NCBI GenBank assembly: GCA_016866975.1
Contig: VGKP01000013.1
Span: forward strand, 1 to 26,357
From: Candidatus Pacearchaeota archaeon
Lineage (GTDB): Archaea > Nanobdellota > Nanobdellia > Pacearchaeales > GW2011-AR1
DNA length: 26,357 bases
Direction: 5' to 3'
Shown here: piece by piece, positions 16,965 to 25,647 of the stretch
Position numbering within the stretch: position 1 is the first letter of the stretch
Layout: each line of letters opens with the position of its first letter
Made by a program: the position numbers and the translations under genes
The notes under the pieces: generated by a model
What the model was told of the DNA's origin: nothing
The model's database searches: none
What the model saw: only the letters and a program-made list of their open reading frames with translations

Positions 16965-17234
16965 ATGGATATTAGATTGGTGAAAGATTCTGATCTTCTA
17001 AAGAGGTCTTCACTCTACCGAGAATTCCAAGCAGAACGCGAAGAGGTTCTAAGGCATAAGTGGATAGAATCTGAGAAAGCAGGTTATGACATAGGTTTTG
17101 AACATGCCCTAATCGATTGGATAATTCATCATCGCTCTAAATGGAGAACGTGGAGAAAACAAAACTGCCCAGAGTGTCCATATTATATGAAAAAACCCGA
17201 GAGCAATCCCTTGCTACCAAATATTAAGTTTTGA
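16965..17234 (+). CDS. DUF4032-like small protein
   Basis: SLYREFQAEREEVLRHKWIESEKAG.DIG...A..DW motif; TATAAATA at -29..-22. Confidence 0.7.
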   Translation: MDIRLVKDSDLLKRSSLYREFQAEREEVLRHKWIESEKAGYDIGFEHALIDWIIHHRSKWRTWRKQNCPECPYYMKKPESNPLLPNIKF

Positions 17235-17395
17235 GTACCACAATTTCTTTTAGAAGAGATTTGTTTCATGCATGATGCTGAACAAGTACATAAATTCCCA
17301 ATTTAGATTGGAAAGCAACTAGAGGAAATAGGTAAATTAAGAAGTAATAATTCAAAGGCATTTTCATTTAACCATCCTTCTCTTAGACTATCACT

Positions 17396-17474
17396 AAAAC
17401 GATGCGCCACTTCAGATTCATTATAGAAGAAGTTAATCTTAAATGGCAGTCAGGAATCTTAGAATCTTGATGAG
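17396..17474 (+). repeat. Structured dispersed element, copy B (degenerate)
   Basis: 16/16 identity to 7460-75, 30/32 to 7507-38, identical 47-nt offset between motif starts. Confidence 0.85.
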
Positions 17475-17502
17475 GTGTGTTTTTGGTCGATTCTCAACAT
17501 AA

Positions 17503-18897
17503 TCACTTCTTCTTTTTCTCTTCCTTTTTAGGAACATCCAATTTAATGAATACTTCCTTGAGCTGCTTCTCGCTTACTGAAGACGGAGTATCAAGCATGA
17601 CGTCTTGTGCAGCTTTATTCTTCGGGAAAGCAATCACATCGCGGATAGTGTCTGCGCCGATAATAATCTGAATAAACCTGTCGAGGCCAATAGCATACCC
17701 TCCGTGTGGCGGCGCTCCATACGACAAAGCATGCAGCAAGAAACCAAACTTTTCCTCTGCTTCTTTCTCGTCAATGCCCAGAACTTTAAACACTCTCTTT
17801 TGAATTTCTGGATTATGGATGCGAATGCTGCCACTCAGCAATTCTGTTCCATTCAAGACCAGGTCATACGTCTTCGCCTTCACTTTCAAGGGCTCTTTCT
17901 CAAGCAAAGTCAAATCAGAGGGCATGCAGAACGGATGGTGCGCAGCAACATATTTCTTCTCTTCCTCAGAGTACTCAAAAAGCGGAAAGTCCACAATCCA
18001 GGAAAAGGCATACTTCTCTCCGGTCTCCTTGCGCAAATCGGGCTTGTCAGAGTTGTACTTCTTCATCGCCTCTGCATACGGAATCCTCCGAAACGGCGTC
18101 TTCAGATCCTGATGAAGAACCTCCTTAAACAACGCCTTCATGAGCTGCTCAACACTCGAATAAATATCTTCTTCATTAACAAACGACATCTCAACATCGA
18201 GTTGCGTAAACTCCGGCTGTCTATCTGCACGCAAATCCTCATCGCGTAAGCAGCGCGCGATTTGAAAATATCTATCCATTCCCGATACCATCAAGAGTTG
18301 CTTAAATAATTGCGGCGATTGCGGGAGAGCATAGAATTTGCCTGCATGAACACGGCTCGGTACAAGATAGTCGCGCGCTCCTTCCGGCGTTGATTTTGCA
18401 AGTAAGGGTGTCTCAAACTCCGTAAATCCTTCCTTGGCAAAGAAACTACGAATGGTCTGCATAATCCTGCCGCGCAAATGGAGATTGCGCTGCATGCGCT
18501 CGCTGCGCAAATCAAGATAGCGATACTTCATCTTCACATCCTCATTGACCTCTGCATCATTGAGCATAAACGGCAGAGGCGGACAAGGATTCAATACCTC
18601 AAACGCCTCACAAAAAACTTCAATGCTCCCTGTAGATAGCTCTTTATTCTCAGTTCCTGCCTTCCTCTTCACCACTTCCCCAACAATCTTCACGCACGAC
18701 TCCAGCGCAATGCTCTTTGCCTGCTCAAATCCCTTGCTTTTCTTAATCAAAACAACTTGCACAACTCCATATCTGTCCCGCATATCCAAAAAAACAACAC
18801 CTCCATGCGCTCTTACTGTCTGCACCCATCCACATAATTGCACTTTCTTTCCCACATCTTTTCCGCTTAATTCTCCGCATGTATGTGTTCTTAACAT
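17503..18897 (-). CDS. aspS: Bacterial-type aspartate--tRNA ligase lacking the GAD domain, non-discriminating signature
   Basis: RTHTCGEL, TPEGARDYLVPSR, LPQSPQLFKQLLM, RDEDLRADRQPEFTQ, PPHGG.A.GLDR; H31 and G81; DKPDLR joined directly to AFSWIVDFP. Confidence 0.95.
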   Translation of the reverse strand: MLRTHTCGELSGKDVGKKVQLCGWVQTVRAHGGVVFLDMRDRYGVVQVVLIKKSKGFEQAKSIALESCVKIVGEVVKRKAGTENKELSTGSIEVFCEAFEVLNPCPPLPFMLNDAEVNEDVKMKYRYLDLRSERMQRNLHLRGRIMQTIRSFFAKEGFTEFETPLLAKSTPEGARDYLVPSRVHAGKFYALPQSPQLFKQLLMVSGMDRYFQIARCLRDEDLRADRQPEFTQLDVEMSFVNEEDIYSSVEQLMKALFKEVLHQDLKTPFRRIPYAEAMKKYNSDKPDLRKETGEKYAFSWIVDFPLFEYSEEEKKYVAAHHPFCMPSDLTLLEKEPLKVKAKTYDLVLNGTELLSGSIRIHNPEIQKRVFKVLGIDEKEAEEKFGFLLHALSYGAPPHGGYAIGLDRFIQIIIGADTIRDVIAFPKNKAAQDVMLDTPSSVSEKQLKEVFIKLDVPKKEEKKKK

Positions 18898-19044
18898 GCC
18901 AAATCCAAATAAACGCGCTTTTTAACCCTTTTCTTTCAGAAAACCTTACTTTGTTAAGATCTCAAAGTCTATCGGACTTTGATGGCCATCAAGGATTAAT
19001 ATCCATGAGGTTTCCTAAATCTTATTTTTAACCCTTATGCTACA

Positions 19045-19356
19045 TTAATTTTCCCAAGGACACACTCTGGGATTTCCGCCCCTAGGATCTTCCCATCCAA
19101 AATCATTCCCCTTTATTTCCGTCACCGAAACTGTGTTCATAACTCTTGTTCCATTGCATTCCACAGTAATATCCATACATTTTCCACTAAGCGTGCATAA
19201 TGCAAATGTCCATGTATAATGAAGAGGCTCATCATCTTTCTCATCAATTGCTAATCCAGTCCCACTCACTTTTTGTACAAATAATCCTGCGAAGAAAGCC
19301 AGAACTACAAGTGCCAGCACAATTAACACAAGCCTCCAATTTGCTTTTTTACGCAT
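19045..19356 (-). CDS. Small membrane-anchored Cys-containing protein
   Basis: Basic N-terminus, TM helix, TGLAI, YTWT.A.C...C...C, W.DPR; start MRKK from TTTATAAA at -29..-22. Confidence 0.72.
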   Translation of the reverse strand: MRKKANWRLVLIVLALVVLAFFAGLFVQKVSGTGLAIDEKDDEPLHYTWTFALCTLSGKCMDITVECNGTRVMNTVSVTEIKGNDFGWEDPRGGNPRVCPWEN

Positions 19357-19450
19357 GGGACAAGTAATCAAGGTACCTTTATAAAATTTGTTATCCCTAC
19401 ATAGAGACATTTTTAGAAAGATTTATAAAGTGTAATTAAAGCTTGAATCT

Positions 19451-19774
19451 ATGGCAACAAATCCTCTAAGCAGAGTAAATATGTACTTCCCAATAAAAGG
19501 TCTGGCAAGAATACTCTTTCCTCATAAGCCCCTAGACGTATTTCCAATAGGTAATGATCCCTATCAACCATGTAATTTACCTACTTTCACAAAAGATGAT
19601 TACGCTTGCTTTTCCACAGGAGAAGACGTTGTTATAACAAGTATCGGTACATATCAGAAAATAAATGATGCCTGTCATGCAGGTCCGGCACAAATAAATT
19701 CCAAATTAACGAGTGCACGTTTTCTCTGCTATGCGCTTAAAGAATTTGACGAAGACATAGCCTTGGATCACTAA
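19451..19774 (+). CDS. Hypothetical protein
   Basis: 107 aa ORF with AAAGATTTATAAA promoter at the standard spacing. Confidence 0.65.
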   Translation: MATNPLSRVNMYFPIKGLARILFPHKPLDVFPIGNDPYQPCNLPTFTKDDYACFSTGEDVVITSIGTYQKINDACHAGPAQINSKLTSARFLCYALKEFDEDIALDH

Positions 19775-19779
19775 AGGAT

Positions 19780-21249
19780 CTATTTAACCAGTCGATTCAA
19801 TATTTCCATCGCTTTTCTCTTATCCACTCCAGGCATCTTGGCAATAACCATCCCCATATATGCTCCTGCCCTCAATCCAGGTTTATCTCGAACAATCGCG
19901 ATTATCTTCTCTTCTATAACGTGATCATCTATTTTCTCTATCTTCAAAGCATCTTCAATCTTGGCCCCATTAGTAACTTTCCACAAAACCCCTTTAATAT
20001 CTCCCTCGCCAATCTCTCCCTTAACTAGCGCCTCAAGAACTTGCTCCAACACTCTCTCATTCAAAACACCTTCAATTTCTTCAAAGCTCTTCTTCAACTT
20101 GCTCGCAAATTCTTGTCTCCATAAAACTACCATCTTGGCAACAAGATCGGCATCTTTGCTATATATCTTGATAAGAGTCTCAAACTCATCAAGATGTCCA
20201 TCCAATACAAGCCTTATCATCTCCTCGCTTAGTCCTTTCTTCTTCAACTCATCTCTGATTTCAGTCCTCAATTTTGGAAGTATCTTCTTAAGCATATTCA
20301 ATCTTTCTCTTCCAATTGTTAACAAAGGCAAATCTGTCTCAGGATACATGCGCGCCTTTCCAGGCATGGGGCGCAAAAACTCCGTATCTCCTGAAGGCAA
20401 TGCATTTCTCACAGCGCCTTCTTTTTTTCCTTGCTTAAGTTCCGTCTCTTGACGAAGCACTTCTTTGCGAACAGTCTCTATCATCATAGCAGGATCCTGG
20501 AATCCCTTGACTTCCACGCGATCATGCCCTTTTATAGAGATATTCACATCTTGCCTGATAGTGCCAATCCCTCTCTTTACTTTGCAAGCCCTTAATATTT
20601 CTCCAAGCTTAAGTGCAGTCTCTTTTATCTTGTCAGGAGTATCTAATACAGCAGCAGTGGCAATCTCAACTAAAGGTATTCCTAGTCTATCAAGACGATA
20701 AACAGCCGCCTTCTCATCTCGACTTACAATGCGCGCCGCATCTTCTTCTAGACACACAGTATCTACCTTTACTTTGCCAAAAGAAGTTTCAATAAATCCA
20801 TCGTGAGCCAATAATACTGTTCTCTGGAATCCAGAAGTGTTACTTCCATCAATCACAGTCTTGCGCATCACCTGAGTCACAGGATATACTTCGCAATTGA
20901 GCAGAAGTGCTATCTTCAATGCTTCATCAAGTGCCGCTTCATTAACAAAATGCGGGGGCTCCTCATCCAACTCTACCAAACAAGTCGTATCATTATAGCC
21001 TTGATATAAAAATGTCCTTCCTAAAACTGCCTCATGCGCAACAGCAGCATCTACTTCTCCAGTCTCTCCAGCCACCGCATGCAATCTTCTAATCACAGAG
21101 AAATGGGGTTCCTCACTCCTAAGATATCCAGGACATGCACAGAATAGCTTCCCCGTATCCAACTGTTGATGTATTTCCAATCCAGCTTTTAGCCCTATTT
21201 TAGAATAGGCAGTTGCAGTATGTTGAGAGACTCTCTTTGTATAATCCAT
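19780..21249 (-). CDS. gatE: Glu-tRNA(Gln) amidotransferase subunit E lacking the AspRS-like insertion
   Basis: GLEIHQQL, CLVELDEEPPH, DGSNTSGFQRT, DRLGIPLVEIAT, RGIGTIRQDVN, FLRPMPG.ARMYPETD. Confidence 0.93.
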   Translation of the reverse strand: MDYTKRVSQHTATAYSKIGLKAGLEIHQQLDTGKLFCACPGYLRSEEPHFSVIRRLHAVAGETGEVDAAVAHEAVLGRTFLYQGYNDTTCLVELDEEPPHFVNEAALDEALKIALLLNCEVYPVTQVMRKTVIDGSNTSGFQRTVLLAHDGFIETSFGKVKVDTVCLEEDAARIVSRDEKAAVYRLDRLGIPLVEIATAAVLDTPDKIKETALKLGEILRACKVKRGIGTIRQDVNISIKGHDRVEVKGFQDPAMMIETVRKEVLRQETELKQGKKEGAVRNALPSGDTEFLRPMPGKARMYPETDLPLLTIGRERLNMLKKILPKLRTEIRDELKKKGLSEEMIRLVLDGHLDEFETLIKIYSKDADLVAKMVVLWRQEFASKLKKSFEEIEGVLNERVLEQVLEALVKGEIGEGDIKGVLWKVTNGAKIEDALKIEKIDDHVIEEKIIAIVRDKPGLRAGAYMGMVIAKMPGVDKRKAMEILNRLVK

Positions 21250-21270
21250 AACAACACAGAATAAAAGGAG

Positions 21271-21278
21271 TTATTAAA
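21271..21278 (-). promoter_or_regulatory. TATA box of gatE (TTTAATAA)
   Basis: -29..-22 from the ATG. Confidence 0.65.
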
Positions 21279-21286
21279 GATTATCT

Positions 21287-22180
21287 TCACCTAGTTTTTG
21301 TTAAAATCTTTGAATGATTGGAATGTCTAGAACCTTCAAAATTAAGCTTGGAAGCAGAGTTATCCCACAAGCAAACAAATTCTGCTTCTAACTGGGATCG
21401 GCTATCAGGATGTTCTTTGAAGATAGGGTGGTTACGTGCCGAATAGGAGATTATCCTTTCAAAACCCATTCTCTCAGCAGCTACTTCTGCAATATGGAGA
21501 AGAGCTACTCCTAGCAATACGTTTGGAGGGAAATGAGCATTTCTACAAGGCTGCATCTGAGATACAAGCAATGCATTATCTTGAGCCCAAAAACCTGCAA
21601 CTGCCACAAGATTAGACTCTTGATGGTTCTGATGAGTATACATCTCTAAAAGGAAAGGAGAATCAGAACGTATACCTCCTCCTTTTGCCCCGCCTAAACT
21701 AGTAGTACCCAAACCGCAATTTCCTGAAACAACATATCCTGTTAAATTAATCCCGGAAGGCAGAACAATATTCTTTAGAGTTCTCTTAAGGCATATTCCA
21801 AAAAAGTCAGATGGATTTTTCTGCATGCATTGTAAATAATCTGAGATTTTAATATCATTGCCCATAGATAAAGTATACTCACGATAAAGCCCTTCTTCAA
21901 GGTGGTTTGCTGGAGATTCTATCAAAGGTACAAGAGACAAATAATCTAGAGAAGGAGTCCTGCGCAAGCTATCTGCGGTATTATGATAGTAAGGGTCTCT
22001 TATATCGAACTGATATATGTCTTCTTGGACGAACCCCCATGCATTTTTTAGGTCTGACCGAGTTACAACCTTACGATCTTCTAAAACTAAGGGCAGAACC
22101 GTCTCATACAAATGTCCTCGTAACTCTGAGAATCTTCCTTCACATTTTACCCTGCGGGGAGGTTTATGTCCGTCTTCCAT
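21287..22180 (-). CDS. Hypothetical protein, weak VirK/YbjX- or GNAT-like C-terminal half
   Basis: 297 aa ORF with its own TATA; LLVSQMQ, AAERMGFERII...NH, LWD pattern. Confidence 0.65.
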   Translation of the reverse strand: MEDGHKPPRRVKCEGRFSELRGHLYETVLPLVLEDRKVVTRSDLKNAWGFVQEDIYQFDIRDPYYHNTADSLRRTPSLDYLSLVPLIESPANHLEEGLYREYTLSMGNDIKISDYLQCMQKNPSDFFGICLKRTLKNIVLPSGINLTGYVVSGNCGLGTTSLGGAKGGGIRSDSPFLLEMYTHQNHQESNLVAVAGFWAQDNALLVSQMQPCRNAHFPPNVLLGVALLHIAEVAAERMGFERIISYSARNHPIFKEHPDSRSQLEAEFVCLWDNSASKLNFEGSRHSNHSKILTKTR

Positions 22181-22249
22181 GAAGCAAATAAGAAAAATTC
22201 TCTATTTAAATCTTTTTAATTGTAATTCCTTTATAGTTATAACATTAAT

Positions 22250-23524
22250 TTATACCGCGATTCGCTCATTCAATTCCCCAGAAACATTCTCCTTCATCTT
22301 CTCCTTCACCTTTCCTTTCCAACCGAAGTGTCCGAGAACCCAGCCCAACTTAACCATCGCAGTCTCAGGAAGCATATCATCCAGGAAAATCACTCCTGCA
22401 TCAACGATTTCTCTCCCATTTGAATAGACAAAGGGATCAAGTCTTCCATAGATAGTTTGTGCTGCAGCACATATCACAAGGCCTTGTCTGATATGTTTTT
22501 TCAGAGCAGGCACCCAATTATGTTTAGCCTCACTAGGAGGCAGGTGCCCCAATCCTCCAACTTCTATAACAACACCTTTAAATTTAAGTGCATATAAATC
22601 AAGGATAGAAGGGTCCTGCCCAGGATAAAATTTCACTAATGCCACTTTATCAGTAAAAGAAGTATCCAGAACAGTTTTCCCTCCAGGACTTTTCCTATAC
22701 TCAGAGATAAACTCTATCTTATCAGGCCAGACTTTCGCGATGGGCTCGCAATTAATCGGCTGAAAAGCATCTCTTCTTGAGCTATGCATCTTTCTTACTT
22801 TTGATCCTCTCATGGCATGGCAGTATTCATCATTTAAGTTTGCATGACCGACCAACATCACTTCGGCGACATCTGATAAAGCTGCCCTCGCAGCGCACAC
22901 TAGATTCAGATTGGCATCACTGCTAGCTCTGTCTATACTTCTCTGAGAATATGTCAAAACTACTGGCTTTGTAAGATCTTGAAGGAAAAATGAAAGTGCT
23001 GCTGCAGTATAATGAAGGAAGTCCGTCCCGTGTGTCACAATGACTCCCTTTATCTCAGGGTCATCTACCATCTTCTTCACGCTTTCAGCTATCTTTATCC
23101 AATGCTCACTAGTCATGGCTTCAGACGATGTCATGAATGGAACATCTATAGTCTTAACATCGACCATCTCAAAAAGTTCAGGGTAGAATCTCATAAGTTC
23201 TCCAGGATCTGTAAGCCAAGATGTCCCGCCTCTCTTTGCATCAAGCTTGGCCGCTATTGTCCCACCAGTCACAACAAGTCCCAGCACAGGCAATCCTTTT
23301 TTTCTTTTTACCTCACTTTTTTTCTCTTCCTTAACGACTCTCTCATATTTCTTCAATACTCTTGAAGCCAATATATTATCCCGAGGAATTCCTACATTAT
23401 AACCAGATTTTAATTTTATTAAGACTACGCTACTGTCAGGGTTTTCAAGTACAATTCCATCGACTTCCTCTTGAGCCAATCTAAATCTAACTTCATCTCC
23501 TGCATTGAAACCAAGTTCAGCCAT
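22250..23524 (-). CDS. gatD: Glu-tRNA(Gln) amidotransferase subunit D
   Basis: N-terminal IKLKSGYNVG domain, TGGTI, HGTD, QRSIDR.SSD, RKMH catalytic residues. Confidence 0.93.
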   Translation of the reverse strand: MAELGFNAGDEVRFRLAQEEVDGIVLENPDSSVVLIKLKSGYNVGIPRDNILASRVLKKYERVVKEEKKSEVKRKKGLPVLGLVVTGGTIAAKLDAKRGGTSWLTDPGELMRFYPELFEMVDVKTIDVPFMTSSEAMTSEHWIKIAESVKKMVDDPEIKGVIVTHGTDFLHYTAAALSFFLQDLTKPVVLTYSQRSIDRASSDANLNLVCAARAALSDVAEVMLVGHANLNDEYCHAMRGSKVRKMHSSRRDAFQPINCEPIAKVWPDKIEFISEYRKSPGGKTVLDTSFTDKVALVKFYPGQDPSILDLYALKFKGVVIEVGGLGHLPPSEAKHNWVPALKKHIRQGLVICAAAQTIYGRLDPFVYSNGREIVDAGVIFLDDMLPETAMVKLGWVLGHFGWKGKVKEKMKENVSGELNERIAV

Positions 23525-23545
23525 ACTTCTCAAGAGAAGAAGATG

Positions 23546-23553
23546 TTTTTAAG
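23546..23553 (-). promoter_or_regulatory. TATA box of gatD (CTTAAAAA)
   Basis: -29..-22 from ATG 23524. Confidence 0.65.
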
Positions 23554-23666
23554 TGTTTGTTTCGCAGAGATAATTAATTAGATTAATAAATGAATTCACC
23601 AGTAGGTATAGTAAAAAACTGGATTTATAGCGGAAATAAGCCTATGAAAAGAATTTATGTGCAGGC

Positions 23667-25169
23667 TTAATACTCTCGTGCAATATATACCGTTTCCTTT
23701 GCGGGTTTTCCACACACAATACAAACTCCGGAAGTCTTTGTTTTTCCAATCTCATCAAACTTTCTTCCCCTAACTTTGGCACCTGTGCTTTCTTCAACTT
23801 TATCAGAGCATGAAGCACCGTCTTTTTCTATCGAACAGAATCCGCATCGCACAATACCTCCAGATTCAATGACCTGCTTCGCTTTCTTCAGATCAGTCGC
23901 ATTAATAATCAGATCATCAAATACCTTGTCTGCTTGCCGCATTAGGATTTTACCAGACTCTTCAGCGAGTTTTTTGATATAGCCCAGAACATTTTCCTCT
24001 CGAATTACTTTCTTTTCACCTGTGTCTCTTCGGAATATAGTGACGCTTTTTTCTTTAATGTCTTTCAAGCCAAGATCAATACGTACCGGAACTCCCTTCA
24101 TCTCCCAATGATTGAATTTTTCACCTGCACTTTTATTAGTCATATCAATTTCTACATTAGAAAATGAAGATAACTTATGATATAAGTTGTCAGCTTTCTC
24201 CATAACTTTAGGATCATCAACAATCGGCACTATTACTACTTGAATAGGTGCAAGGTTCCAAGGCAATCTAAGGCCTTTGTCATCGCCATGAACAATAACT
24301 ACACTTGCAAAAATTCGTGAAACTGCAGGACCATAACAAGTAATCCATCCATAATTTTCTTTTCCATCTGCACCAGTATATTTAACTCCAAACCCTTTTG
24401 AGAAAGCCTGGGAAAGTAAATGTGTTGAAGGCTGCTGTACAACTCTCCCATCAGGATTCAAAACATCTGCTGCAAATGTTCGATCTGCCCCAGGAAACTT
24501 ATCCCATGCTGGACGCTCAAAAAAGATAAAAGGCAATCCGAATACATCATGAAGGACTTCTTTTGTAGTCTGCATATCTTCTAGTACCTGTTTTTCAGCA
24601 TCTTTCTCTGTTGCATGTACGCAGTGAGTTTCAATCCAATGAAATTCCCTACTTCGTAAGAATGGTCGTGTTGCTTTAGTCTCATACCTAAAAACATTTG
24701 CCCTCTGGTACGTTTTAAAAGGCAGATCTTTGTAACTTCGAATCCATAAAGAAAACATCTGATAGAAAGCAGTCTCTGAAGTGGGTCTTAAAGCGAGACG
24801 TTCCTCAAATTTCTTATCTCCTCCTTCAGTAACCCAGAACACTTCAGGTGTAAAACCAATAATGTGAGTACTTTCCCGTTTTAAGTTACTTTCAGGAATA
24901 AGAGTAGGGAAAAAATAGGGTTTATGCCGCTTTTGTTGCAAGGTTTTCTCAAGATAAGAGTACATTTTCTCCATAACCATGACTGACCAAGGCTGAAATA
25001 CCAGAAAACCCTTTACATTGTATCGTAAATCGGCAAGTTCTGCCTTCTGCACGACCTGAGTATACCATTCAGAAAAGTCTTCATTCTTTTTTACAGTCAA
25101 ACCCTTAGTATCTTCAATTTTTCCCTTTATTTCTTTCACAACTTCCTTGGCAGCCTTCTCAGTCTTCAT
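23667..25169 (-). CDS. proS: Proline--tRNA ligase, archaeal/eukaryote type
   Basis: FSEWY, ALRPTSE, FRYE.K.TRPFLR.REF, C-terminal zinc domain ending AREY. Confidence 0.96.
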   Translation of the reverse strand: MKTEKAAKEVVKEIKGKIEDTKGLTVKKNEDFSEWYTQVVQKAELADLRYNVKGFLVFQPWSVMVMEKMYSYLEKTLQQKRHKPYFFPTLIPESNLKRESTHIIGFTPEVFWVTEGGDKKFEERLALRPTSETAFYQMFSLWIRSYKDLPFKTYQRANVFRYETKATRPFLRSREFHWIETHCVHATEKDAEKQVLEDMQTTKEVLHDVFGLPFIFFERPAWDKFPGADRTFAADVLNPDGRVVQQPSTHLLSQAFSKGFGVKYTGADGKENYGWITCYGPAVSRIFASVVIVHGDDKGLRLPWNLAPIQVVIVPIVDDPKVMEKADNLYHKLSSFSNVEIDMTNKSAGEKFNHWEMKGVPVRIDLGLKDIKEKSVTIFRRDTGEKKVIREENVLGYIKKLAEESGKILMRQADKVFDDLIINATDLKKAKQVIESGGIVRCGFCSIEKDGASCSDKVEESTGAKVRGRKFDEIGKTKTSGVCIVCGKPAKETVYIAREY

Positions 25170-25190
25170 ATTCAATTAATGATGATAAGC

Positions 25191-25198
25191 TATTAAAA
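25191..25198 (-). promoter_or_regulatory. TATA box of proS (TTTTAATA)
   Basis: -29..-22 from ATG 25169. Confidence 0.65.
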
Positions 25199-25233
25199 TC
25201 TACCGTTGAGACTCACTCCAAAGAATATTAGAG

Positions 25234-25575
25234 TTAATGGCCATTCCTTCGACCATACATTTCATCACGCATGGTCTTCAGGACAGCTTGAGGGCGGGCA
25301 ACAAGTTCTTGTAACCCTCCAGCAAATCCTCTTGCTATAACCCCTCCAAGAGCAGTACTAGCCATAAGAGTCAAATTAGGATGCTGAAGAACAGTATACG
25401 AAAAAGCGTTTTGTGGAAAGTAAGTTACAGCTTTATTTAATTCCATCCCGACATAAGCGCCAACAGCACTTCCTAAAACAAATGCAGCATTGCGAAGTAG
25501 CCTTCCACGAGAAGAATTGATATACGTTGCTCTTTGTTGAGATTCTTTCAGAAACTCTTGAACAATCATTCTCAT
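25234..25575 (-). CDS. Hypothetical small membrane protein
   Basis: Two Gly/Ala-rich hydrophobic helices; ATG 25575 with TTTTTAAA at -29..-22. Confidence 0.65.
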   Translation of the reverse strand: MRMIVQEFLKESQQRATYINSSRGRLLRNAAFVLGSAVGAYVGMELNKAVTYFPQNAFSYTVLQHPNLTLMASTALGGVIARGFAGGLQELVARPQAVLKTMRDEMYGRRNGH

Positions 25576-25647
25576 AGAAATTTGATTGGACAATCCTTTA
25601 AAAACCCTTCCTAAAAAAAGTACCCATGTTCAGTAGAAAAAGAAATA

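Noticed and set aside
17235-17395. Short open stretches suggesting a pseudogene
   Set aside because: No recognisable homology or start signals.
19780-21249. Calling the short GatE a GatB
   Set aside because: It has GatE-specific motifs (EIHQQL, DEEPPH, DRLG, RGIGTIRQD) and lacks GatB motifs.
532-23982. Many antisense or alternative-frame ORFs in the track (e.g. 532..726, 1556..1858, 2370..2759, 4553..4876, 11137..11601, 17605..18249, 19961..20452, 23012..23365)
   Set aside because: They are contained within or opposite well-supported genes, and have no motifs or promoters.
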